Position numbers and translations under genes: made by a program. A stretch of DNA of 51,613 bases from assembly GCA_023257295.1 (NCBI GenBank), contig JALRCN010000022.1, positions 1-51,613 on the forward strand, written 5' to 3'. The stretch comes from Nitrosomonas sp. Lineage in GTDB: Bacteria; Pseudomonadota; Gammaproteobacteria; Burkholderiales; Nitrosomonadaceae. A model generated the notes under the pieces. It saw only the letters and a list, made by a program, of their open reading frames with translations. It did no database searches and was not told the DNA's origin. Of this stretch, positions 10,102 through 19,054 are shown piece by piece (position 1 is the stretch's first letter; each line of letters begins with the position of its first letter).

Positions 10102-11463
10102 TCAATCGGCTTGCAGCGCCTTAAGCAGCTTGTCATGAATACCGCCAAAACCGCCGTTGCTCATCACCAGAATATGATCGCCCGGTCTTGCCATCGTGAC
10201 GATGGCTTGCACCAACCGATCCAGATCGTCGTGGCAATCCGCCTTTGAATTGAGCTGGCTTAAAGCGCGATTGGCCCATTGCGCATCGCGGGTAAAACAA
10301 AAAACATGATCCGCCGCGTGCAAGCTGTCCGCTAGCTTGTCCTTCCAAACACCCATTTTCATCGTATTTGAACGCGGATCCAGCACGGTGATGATTCTCT
10401 CCCGTCCGATATGCTCGCGCAAACCGCTCACGGTTGTTTGGATCGCAGTTGGATGGTGCGCAAAATCGTCGTATACGGCAATGCCATTCACTGTACCGCG
10501 CTTCTCCATACGGCGCCTGACGTTTCTGAATTGCGCCAATGCCTCCATGCCCAACTCAATCGGCACACCGGTATGCCGCGCAGCGATCAAAGCAGCCAAC
10601 GCATTCATGCGGTTATGCCCGCCGAGCAAATTCCATTGCACGCAACCGTGACCGGTGTCTCCGAATAAAACTTCAAACGCATGGTTTGCCCGCGATCTGG
10701 CATGCCAGTCGCTCTCAACACCAAATGCCTCAACCGGTGTCCAGCAGCCTTGCCGCAGCACCTGTTGCACATTCCCGTCGCTGCCGTTGGCAACGATCAA
10801 GCCATTGCCCGGGATTGTTCGCACCAAGTGATGAAATTGGCGCTGTATCGCCGGCAAATCAGGAAAAATATCGGCATGATCGTATTCCAAGTTATTAAGA
10901 ATCACCGTCCTGGGATGGTAATGAACAAACTTGGAGCGTTTATCGAAAAATGCAGTGTCGTATTCGTCCGCTTCGATGACAAAGAAAGGCGAATGCTCAT
11001 TTGCACTCATTGCGCCGATTCGTGCAGAAATGCCGAAGTTCTCAGGCATGCCGCCGATCAGGAAGCCAGGCTGCAACCCGGCATAATCGAGAATCCACGC
11101 CAGCATCGAACTGGTGGTTGTTTTGCCGTGCGTCCCGGCAACCGCCAGCACCCAGCGCTGTCTTAAAATATTTTCCGATAGCCACTGCGGCCCTGAAATA
11201 TACGGCAGATTCCGATTAAGAATTTCTTCCATCAGCGGATTACCGCGCGCAACGACATTGCCGATCACGAAAACATCGGGTTGTAATGCGATCTGCTCGG
11301 GTGAATAACCTGAAATCAGTTCGATACCTTGCGCCTCGAGCTGCGTACTCATCGGCGGATACACATCCTGATCGCAACCGGTTACACGATGACCGGATTC
11401 ACGCGCAATCGCCGCAATGCCACCCATGAAGGTACCGCAAATGCCGAGTATATGAATATGCAT
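10102..11463 (-). CDS. mpl: UDP-N-acetylmuramate:L-alanyl-gamma-D-glutamyl-meso-diaminopimelate ligase
   Basis: MHIHILGICGTFMGG, GTHGKTTTSSM, EADEYDTAFFDKRSKF, MSNGGFGGIH. Confidence 0.95.
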   Translation of the reverse strand: MHIHILGICGTFMGGIAAIARESGHRVTGCDQDVYPPMSTQLEAQGIELISGYSPEQIALQPDVFVIGNVVARGNPLMEEILNRNLPYISGPQWLSENILRQRWVLAVAGTHGKTTTSSMLAWILDYAGLQPGFLIGGMPENFGISARIGAMSANEHSPFFVIEADEYDTAFFDKRSKFVHYHPRTVILNNLEYDHADIFPDLPAIQRQFHHLVRTIPGNGLIVANGSDGNVQQVLRQGCWTPVEAFGVESDWHARSRANHAFEVLFGDTGHGCVQWNLLGGHNRMNALAALIAARHTGVPIELGMEALAQFRNVRRRMEKRGTVNGIAVYDDFAHHPTAIQTTVSGLREHIGRERIITVLDPRSNTMKMGVWKDKLADSLHAADHVFCFTRDAQWANRALSQLNSKADCHDDLDRLVQAIVTMARPGDHILVMSNGGFGGIHDKLLKALQAD

Positions 11464-11578
11464 GATGGAAGACTAAAATATCGTGATTAGCGGTGACAGG
11501 AAGCAACCATTTCCGTATCTTCGTTATTATAGACCATTAACTCGTACCGCTCATTGCTGAGCCAACATTTACCGTCTC

Positions 11579-12478
11579 ATGAATAATGACACAACTAAAG
11601 TTATGCGCTATCGCGGTAGATTTGCACCATCTCCAACCGGTCCGCTACATTTCGGCTCCTTGGTTGCCGCAGTAGGTAGCTATCTCGATGCGAAGCATCA
11701 TCACGGTCAGTGGCTGGTCAGAATTGAGGATGTCGATACGCCACGTACTATTCCCGGTTCCGCCGATACTATTTTGCGCACGCTGGAAGCACTGGGTATG
11801 GAATGGGATGAAACGGTTGTCTACCAAAGCCAACGCACGCACTTTTACCAAGCAGCGTTACACGAATTGCAACGACAAGGCTTGCTTTATCCCTGCACTT
11901 GCTCGCGTAAAGAAATCGCCGATTCCAGTATCGTCGGCATCAGTGGTCCGATTTATCCCGGTACATGCCGCAATCGCCCGATGATCCAACAAAAAGCACA
12001 TGCACTACGCACCCGCACAAACAACGAAATTATTCAATTTCAAGATCGTGCAAGCGGCCTCTACCGTCAACAACTTGCTTGCGACATCGGCGATTTCGTG
12101 TTGCGCCGCGCAGATGGCGTTTACGCTTATCAACTGGCCGTCGCCGTAGACGATGCCGCGCAAGGGATTACACATGTCGTACGAGGTGCGGACTTGCTCG
12201 ATTCGACACCGCGGCAAATCTATTTGCAGCGCCTACTGAATTATCCAACACTACGCTACCTACATTTGCCCGTAGCCACCAATACGGCAGGCGAGAAACT
12301 CAGCAAGCAAACCAATGCCGCGCCCATCGATACCAATCACGCACTCGCACACTTAATCGAAGCACTTCGCTTTCTCAGACAAAACCCACCACCGATGCTG
12401 GAATATGGCAATATCGACGATCTCTGGCTCTGGGCACAACAAAACTGGCACGTAGACAGATTGCGCGTTGCGCATTGA
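11579..12478 (+). CDS. gluQ: Glutamyl-Q tRNA(Asp) synthetase
   Basis: GRFAPSPTGPLHFGS, CTCSR zinc site, VVRGADLL, KLSKQ; lacks the anticodon-binding domain (299 aa). Confidence 0.9.
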   Translation: MNNDTTKVMRYRGRFAPSPTGPLHFGSLVAAVGSYLDAKHHHGQWLVRIEDVDTPRTIPGSADTILRTLEALGMEWDETVVYQSQRTHFYQAALHELQRQGLLYPCTCSRKEIADSSIVGISGPIYPGTCRNRPMIQQKAHALRTRTNNEIIQFQDRASGLYRQQLACDIGDFVLRRADGVYAYQLAVAVDDAAQGITHVVRGADLLDSTPRQIYLQRLLNYPTLRYLHLPVATNTAGEKLSKQTNAAPIDTNHALAHLIEALRFLRQNPPPMLEYGNIDDLWLWAQQNWHVDRLRVAH

Positions 12479-12526
12479 ATTTTTTGTGATAGTCTTAAAG
12501 CCTTACTGCTTCACTGAGGAATTACC

Positions 12527-13690
12527 GTGGCTATCTTGCCATTTAACATCGCCAAACAAAAAGAACTGAACGTCGTGATCGTAGGCGGCGGCTATGCAGG
12601 CCTTACTGCCCTAACCAATCTACTACAATTTGCGCCGGAAACGCATGTAACGCTGATTGATCCGCGTGAGCAACACCTAAAAATTACGCACCTGCATGAA
12701 ACATTCCGCTACCCACTGACAGATCTTTTAATACCGTTCACAGATATTTGCAAACGCTTTGCATGTCGGTTCATACAAGCAAATGTAAATTTAGCTCCGG
12801 ATGCGCTGGCAGATTATCAGAATAAGAAACAATTAACCGTCAACGAAGAGGCCCTGGATTTCGACTATCTGGTCATTGCAACCGGTTGCAACGCTATTAA
12901 ATCAGAAAACACAAATCCAGAAGAATTAATTTCTTTATCAGATTTTTCCCTAAAAAATGGATCCGATTTACTTACACAGCGATTGAACTTAAACGAATCA
13001 TCAGAAAGTGTTATTTCCATCGTTGGCGGCGGTGCAACTGGCATTCAGTTTTTATTCGAAATACAGAAATTTCTCTATCGTATCAATCATAAAGCAAAAT
13101 TACAATTGATCCATTCTTCACCTCATGTTTTGAATCAGTTCCCTGATGGTTTCGGCACCTACGCGGAATATCGCATGCAAGAAATGGGGATAGATTTTCA
13201 TCCAAACATCTATTATCATCATCAGAAATCAGGAAGAATCCTATTAAGCGATAAAGAAACAAGAAATCAATTTGAACTACCTTCAAGTCTTACGCTTTTA
13301 TTTACGGGGAAGAATCAGGAAAACACTTTCATTACAAACGCTTTTGGACAACTTATTGCGAATCGATTGCCATTACCTAATATTTTTTCTGCCGGCGACT
13401 GCGCTCACTACCAATCGCTTGGCTCGAACGCGTTATCGGCACAATCTGCAGTGCGTAAAGGCAAACTGGTTGCACGCAATATCCTACGGCACTCTGGTTT
13501 TCCGGGATTGATGGAACCTTATCTTCATCAGAATTTAGGTTATGTAGTAAATCTTGGCCCATCCGATGCGATTGGATGGCTCGTTGCTGAAGGCAATCTG
13601 ATCACAGGAATTTCCGCATTAACCATCAAGGAAATTGTGGAAGCGCAATACGATCTACTACTCTCGGGAATCGATACCTATTTGGTTTAG
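12527..13690 (+). CDS. NDH-2/AIF-like FAD-dependent pyridine nucleotide oxidoreductase
   Basis: VVIVGGGYAG, DYLVIATG, IVGGGATG and IFSAGD motifs; GAGGA RBS before the GTG start. Confidence 0.85.
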   Translation: MAILPFNIAKQKELNVVIVGGGYAGLTALTNLLQFAPETHVTLIDPREQHLKITHLHETFRYPLTDLLIPFTDICKRFACRFIQANVNLAPDALADYQNKKQLTVNEEALDFDYLVIATGCNAIKSENTNPEELISLSDFSLKNGSDLLTQRLNLNESSESVISIVGGGATGIQFLFEIQKFLYRINHKAKLQLIHSSPHVLNQFPDGFGTYAEYRMQEMGIDFHPNIYYHHQKSGRILLSDKETRNQFELPSSLTLLFTGKNQENTFITNAFGQLIANRLPLPNIFSAGDCAHYQSLGSNALSAQSAVRKGKLVARNILRHSGFPGLMEPYLHQNLGYVVNLGPSDAIGWLVAEGNLITGISALTIKEIVEAQYDLLLSGIDTYLV

Positions 13691-13714
13691 TAATTACTAT
13701 CCAGGAGACGCATA

Positions 13715-14194
13715 ATGCTTGGTTTATTCAAAGACACTCCCGTTATAGGGAAGGCCAGCACGATCGTTAAAAGTCCATCGAATCAGCTTTTCAATTTTAT
13801 TGGAACCGATTTAATGGTTAATTATCCACGCTGGTCTCCTGAGGTTAAGGAATTGGAAAAACTTACCGATGGCCCGGTCAAACTGGGAACCATCTGCCGT
13901 CAGGTTCGCATCGATCAAGGCAATCGTACAGAATCGACATTCAAGATAAAAGCCTTTGACGAAGGATCTCGTGTTTGCTTCGAAGGTGTTTCTAATCCCT
14001 ATCGATGCGATTATCTCATTGAATCGATTAATCCCATGGATAGCAGAATCACTTTTATTTTTGAGTTACTCAGCCTAGATTTGCACATACGGCCTTTTGA
14101 AAAACTGGTTCGCATCGCGGTTCAGGATGGTGCCGAAAGAACGGTGCATAACATTAAGAAACTAATTGAAGCAGATCAAGCCGGATCAAAGTAA
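13715..14194 (+). CDS. SRPBCC/polyketide cyclase-like (START-fold) protein
   Basis: FNFIG..NYPRWSPEVKELEKLTDGPVKLGT pattern and a C-terminal amphipathic helix; GGAG RBS. Confidence 0.7.
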   Translation: MLGLFKDTPVIGKASTIVKSPSNQLFNFIGTDLMVNYPRWSPEVKELEKLTDGPVKLGTICRQVRIDQGNRTESTFKIKAFDEGSRVCFEGVSNPYRCDYLIESINPMDSRITFIFELLSLDLHIRPFEKLVRIAVQDGAERTVHNIKKLIEADQAGSK

Positions 14195-14252
14195 TTTATC
14201 GATCGATCATTATATTAAGATTACCAACTATTGAATAACCTGGAGAAAAATC

Positions 14253-14702
14253 ATGGATTTTATCGTTGAAAAAGACCCTGGATTAATCCCGCAAGTACTG
14301 TCCAAGATTCTCGATTCATGTGTCAATGGCGTATCGTTGGCCGATCCCGATCAGCCAGACTTGCCTTTGGTCTATGTTAACAAAGCATTCGAAGCAATTA
14401 CAGGCTACACATTAGCCGAAACCGTCGGCAAGAACTGCCGTTTTTTACAAGGAAATGAGCACGATCAAGAAGGGGTGCTTCAATTACGCGAAGCAATCAA
14501 AAATAAAAAATCGATAGAGGTGGTTCTGCGAAATTATCGCAAAAACGGTGAGTTGTTCTATAACCATTTACTCATTTCACCGCTTTTTGATTCCAAAGGA
14601 AATTTACTCTATTTTCTGGGCGTCCAATATGACATTACACCGCAAATCCGCGCAGAAGAAGAAATAAAATTGCTAAAAGAGCAACTATCAGCAATAAAAT
14701 AA
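14253..14702 (+). CDS. Short stand-alone LOV blue-light photoreceptor
   Basis: Canonical GKNCRFLQG with the photoactive Cys, NYRKNG, FLGVQYDIT, short C-terminal helix; no effector domain. Confidence 0.92.
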   Translation: MDFIVEKDPGLIPQVLSKILDSCVNGVSLADPDQPDLPLVYVNKAFEAITGYTLAETVGKNCRFLQGNEHDQEGVLQLREAIKNKKSIEVVLRNYRKNGELFYNHLLISPLFDSKGNLLYFLGVQYDITPQIRAEEEIKLLKEQLSAIK

Positions 14703-14848
14703 TAAGTTAGGAAATTAGAGTAGGTTTGGACGTAATAATGAGTGGCACGTCGACGGTTAAAGCGAAACTCAATTTCTTACAGATGTAGATAAAAGAGATA
14801 TACATGTAGTTTGAATTTTAATTTCATTTCCACACCAAGGAAAATTTG

Positions 14849-17800
14849 ATGAGAAATAAGAAAATAACTCCTGAATTTCTTAATGTAATTCTTATTTCTA
14901 GCCTTTTCTTAGGATTTTTCGGCTATTCCAACTTAGCTCTAGCACATGAAACCTGGATTTTAGCGCCTGAGCAGATGGGTTATTGGAATTCTCAAAAGCT
15001 GCCCGACATTTTCACTCAATTATCTTCCCTCAATGTGCTGATGATTTCAGCTTTTTTGCTGTTTATCATCGGGTGGGTTTGGCTCGGATTTACTGGTGCA
15101 CGTGAGCTCTTTCCTGATTTACAGGCAAGACTATCTTCTTATGGAGATCATGTGCCACGTATTTTACGTGTGTGTGTGGGCTGGATCTTATTATCTTCAG
15201 CTTTCGGAGCAGAACCACGTTTTGGAGTAGAAGCATTTGCTTCACCCACATTCTTAGCACCCGACCTCGAACTGAGTCAGCTTGGACCTGAATGGAGCTG
15301 GATAAGATGGGCGGAAATCATATTGGGCCTAACCATTCTATTTGGTATTTATGTAAGGTTCTTTTCTCTTCTGCTGATCCTGTTAAGTCTTTTAGGCTGG
15401 TATTTGTTTGGCGAAGCTATTTTCGCTTATTTGGGCGCAATAGTAGGAGCAAGTATTTTTCTAGTGCTGCAAGGGCCAGGCAGACATTATTTACCACTTC
15501 CAACCCCTACTGTTTTTCATAATATACAAACTTTCCTAGCTGACCAACCCCGACAACGTGCACAGGCCATCATGCGCATTCTGACCGGCACTACGATATT
15601 GTACCTGGGGGTATTCTACAAGTTGATGCAGCCCAATCTTTCAATGGGCATAATCGAAATTTACCAATTGCCTATTCTATCGACTCATCCAGAAGCCTTT
15701 ACGCTACTAATGGCTCTTGTTGAAGTAAGTGCGGGGGTTTTAATTATTGCTGGCGTATTGCTACGTCCTCTATCGATTTTCTTAATAAGCGCCTTTTCTA
15801 TTTTCGCCTTATTACTTCCAGAAACACCGACTGCACATATTCTTTTTTACGGGGTTGTTTTGTCATGCTTTATAAATTCTGCTGGTCATCTGCGACGACC
15901 GATACCAAGAGATAAACCCGCTGATATTGTTATTATCGGCGGAGGTCTTTCTGCCTTGCAGGCTGCCGTTAAAGTAGAGAATCTTATTGGTCAGTACTCC
16001 AATGTCCGGATTACGTTGCTCCATGACCAGGGGAATTTCTTGTTTGCACCATTTCTACCCGAGGTTATCGGTGGCACGGTACAACCGGGGAATGTAGTAA
16101 ATCCATTTCGTCGTATCCTTCAACGAACAAATGTTGTTGTTGCACACCTAGATGTTATTGATGAGAGAGAACAAAAGGTAATTGCAAAACGGAAAAACAA
16201 TGAAACTGTCGAGTTGAAATATGACAGCTTGATATTAGCATTAACACCGTCTTCTCATATTACGAAAATCCCGGGAATGATCGATCACTCCTGTCCAATT
16301 GACTCGATTGCTGACGCGCTCCGTATCAGACAACGTGTTCTTGCCCTGATTGATGAAGCAGAAATAATCGAAGATATCCATGAGAAAAAACGTTTGTTGA
16401 CTTTTGCTGTTATCGGTTCGGGCGAAAATGCATCTGCAATCGCTGTCGAAGTGAGTCAAATTCTGAAATCGGCAGAACCATCATACCCATCGTTACAAAG
16501 CTCTGGCTGGCAAATTCATCTTTTTAATGAACACGATGAAAGCAAAACCAAGTTTGAACACCAAATAAGTACCAAGCGATCTCAATACCTTAAGAAATCA
16601 GGCATCATCGAACACTCAAATGAGAAAATAACAGGTATTACGCAAAAAGGACTATTTTTTGAAAAAGAAAACCCCCAGGCATTCGGCTTGGTGATAAATG
16701 CCACTTACGAATATCCAGACATTCGCTTTACCAATTACGGTAGTTTGAGTTGGCCATTTGCAATTAACAATGAATTGCGTTTGCAATCGTTTAAAAACAT
16801 TTGGGTAGCAGAGTCATATAACACTGAGACAGCCCCTCAATTTGTTTTTACCAGTGACCAAGTCAATTTAGGACAACATGCCGGTTTTAATGCATGGGCA
16901 AGTTCACAAGGATTTCCTCAGCGTTCTTTTAAGCAGCAACGACATTTTATCCAGCCCTACAACATGCGTCAGTTTTCCTTGTGTCGAGTCAGCGGGCTAA
17001 TTTTTTCCGGAATACTGGCTTGGTTTATCTCGCGTTTTATAAACCTGCTCTCAGTACCCGGGCTAGAAAGAAATCTACGCATCATTATCGACTGGTTGTT
17101 AGTGCTGGTATTTCGTAATGATATTGCAGTTTTAGCGCAAACTACTTCAACTAGTTTGGAAAAATCACATTTTACAGCCGGTGATTTCATTTTCAATCAA
17201 GGTGACGCCGCAAAAATGGCTTTTGTGGTTGAATCTGGACATTTAAAAGCAATCCAGAATGGCATCAAAATAAGAGAATTAGGCCCTGGAGATCATTTCG
17301 GTGAATTATTGCCGATACATCAAAATAAGCGCATAGAAACAGTCCAGTGCCTTACCGATTGTGAACTAAAAATTATTTCACAAGAAGATCTTGGCGGGCT
17401 GATAAAAAGTGGCTGGTTGATGAGTAAGGCAATTCGGAATCTAAGAGATTTTCAAACGGATGCTTCATTAACAGATGCCTCACTTGGATTGAAACGACTA
17501 ACTTATGTCAGCAAACTGAGTTTACCGCTCAATCAGAAAGAAATTCTTGAGATAGGACGTAAAGCAAGTCTGAACAACCAGAAGATAGATGTAACAGGTA
17601 TTTTAATCGGGGTAGGGGATTATTTCTTTCAAATTTTGGAGGGTGAGGAAACAACTATTAATCAGTTGGTGGAAAAGATAAGTCGTGATCCACGACATCG
17701 TGATGTCACAATATTAAGTGCGGAAACCGGTTGTGAAGAAAGACTCTTTTCAGACTGGAATATGAAAGCAGTAACTCTCAATGAAAGTAATGATCTCATA

Positions 17801-18466
17801 TTACTGGCTATCAGCTTGATGCTACAAAACATTGCTCAATCTCATAACGCTATGGGAAGATACACTCAACCAGCTTTACTTAAATTCTTGATGGAAGGAA
17901 TTAATCCACTAACCATCCCAATAAAAAGTGCAAAAAAGATAGTTGTTTCAGGAAGCCTTACAAACTTTGCAACACTGCGGAGTCAATTTTCTGACGAGGA
18001 ACTCGTTAATGCAGTTAATAATTTCTTGGAAATTTGTTCGATAGCTTGCGTTGAATATGGCGGTCAAGTAATAAAGTATTCTGGAGAGTGTTTCGTCGCT
18101 CATTTTGAATCCAATCAAACAGATTCTGCTATCGCTGCATGCATTGATGCATACAAAAAAATCAAGCAACAAGCAAAATCATATCCTGATGGAAAAGAAA
18201 TTAATTGCGGATTTGGTTTAGCTTCCGGGATGGTAGTAGAAGGCAACATTGGCTCGTCTATAAAAATGGATTACACAATCTTGGGTATTGCGGTTAACCA
18301 AGCTATTCAGTTTGGTGAAATTGCCCGAAACAATAACAAAGCTGTTGCCATTGATGAATCTTTTCTATCAAATGCTGCCAAGTCTTGGAAATTTGAAGAA
18401 TCAGTAACTTTTACATTAAACGAAACCAATGAATCAATATGCTTATACACGCTTACAGTCAATTGA
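14849..18466 (+). CDS. Membrane-anchored fusion: DoxX-like TM region + NDH-2-like + cNMP-binding + BLUF + bPAC-like class III cyclase-homology domain
   Basis: Multi-TM N-terminus with AHETW after the signal; IVIIGGGLSA/FLFAPFLPEV (NDH-2); FNQGD..FGE..KR (cNMP); RLTYVS..NN..TG.L..FFQILEG..DPRH..FSDWNM (BLUF); GGQVIKY, GFGLASG.VVEGNIGS..MDYTILG.AVN (cyclase). Confidence 0.9.
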   Translation: MRNKKITPEFLNVILISSLFLGFFGYSNLALAHETWILAPEQMGYWNSQKLPDIFTQLSSLNVLMISAFLLFIIGWVWLGFTGARELFPDLQARLSSYGDHVPRILRVCVGWILLSSAFGAEPRFGVEAFASPTFLAPDLELSQLGPEWSWIRWAEIILGLTILFGIYVRFFSLLLILLSLLGWYLFGEAIFAYLGAIVGASIFLVLQGPGRHYLPLPTPTVFHNIQTFLADQPRQRAQAIMRILTGTTILYLGVFYKLMQPNLSMGIIEIYQLPILSTHPEAFTLLMALVEVSAGVLIIAGVLLRPLSIFLISAFSIFALLLPETPTAHILFYGVVLSCFINSAGHLRRPIPRDKPADIVIIGGGLSALQAAVKVENLIGQYSNVRITLLHDQGNFLFAPFLPEVIGGTVQPGNVVNPFRRILQRTNVVVAHLDVIDEREQKVIAKRKNNETVELKYDSLILALTPSSHITKIPGMIDHSCPIDSIADALRIRQRVLALIDEAEIIEDIHEKKRLLTFAVIGSGENASAIAVEVSQILKSAEPSYPSLQSSGWQIHLFNEHDESKTKFEHQISTKRSQYLKKSGIIEHSNEKITGITQKGLFFEKENPQAFGLVINATYEYPDIRFTNYGSLSWPFAINNELRLQSFKNIWVAESYNTETAPQFVFTSDQVNLGQHAGFNAWASSQGFPQRSFKQQRHFIQPYNMRQFSLCRVSGLIFSGILAWFISRFINLLSVPGLERNLRIIIDWLLVLVFRNDIAVLAQTTSTSLEKSHFTAGDFIFNQGDAAKMAFVVESGHLKAIQNGIKIRELGPGDHFGELLPIHQNKRIETVQCLTDCELKIISQEDLGGLIKSGWLMSKAIRNLRDFQTDASLTDASLGLKRLTYVSKLSLPLNQKEILEIGRKASLNNQKIDVTGILIGVGDYFFQILEGEETTINQLVEKISRDPRHRDVTILSAETGCEERLFSDWNMKAVTLNESNDLILLAISLMLQNIAQSHNAMGRYTQPALLKFLMEGINPLTIPIKSAKKIVVSGSLTNFATLRSQFSDEELVNAVNNFLEICSIACVEYGGQVIKYSGECFVAHFESNQTDSAIAACIDAYKKIKQQAKSYPDGKEINCGFGLASGMVVEGNIGSSIKMDYTILGIAVNQAIQFGEIARNNNKAVAIDESFLSNAAKSWKFEESVTFTLNETNESICLYTLTVN

Positions 18467-18562
18467 TAAATTTATTGATCTCTCATAGCACTGTTAAAAA
18501 TAGTTTTTCAAACAACCATTTTATTAATGATTCATTTAAGAATTAATTTTTGGGAGATTACT

Positions 18563-18994
18563 ATGCACAAAATGTTATTGATTTTTATATTTACATCTCT
18601 TTCTCACACTACTTTTGCAGAAACAAACCAGTCAAATGATGAAAAAATTTCAGCTGGAAAACCAGGTCAACTATCCAACATATCTCGAACCATTAACCTT
18701 ACTCTGCTAGATAACATGTTTTTGCCTCCAGAGCTTACTGTTAGTAAAGATGAAACAATTCAGTTTATTCTAAAAAATCTTGGTGATAATACGCACGAAT
18801 TCTTGATCGGTTCAGAAGATGAGTTGAAGAAAGCTGCCAGCATGAAACGTAAAAATGAGCATCTAATCCGAATAAAGCCAGGCGAGCAAAAGGAACTGAT
18901 ATGGGAATTTACCAATATGGGAATAGTAAATTTTGCCTGCCCACTAAGTGGGCATTTCAAAACGATGAAAGGAAAAATAATTGTAAAAAACTGA
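18563..18994 (+). CDS. Periplasmic cupredoxin (blue copper) domain protein
   Basis: Signal peptide, FLPPELTV, HEFLIG, FACPLSGHFKTMKG (His/Cys/His/Met ligand pattern); GGAG RBS before ATG 18563. Confidence 0.8.
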   Translation: MHKMLLIFIFTSLSHTTFAETNQSNDEKISAGKPGQLSNISRTINLTLLDNMFLPPELTVSKDETIQFILKNLGDNTHEFLIGSEDELKKAASMKRKNEHLIRIKPGEQKELIWEFTNMGIVNFACPLSGHFKTMKGKIIVKN

Positions 18995-19054
18995 ACGGTA
19001 AATTGATATCCAAATCTGGACAAGTTATCAACTGCCATAGTTTTTAAAAACATG

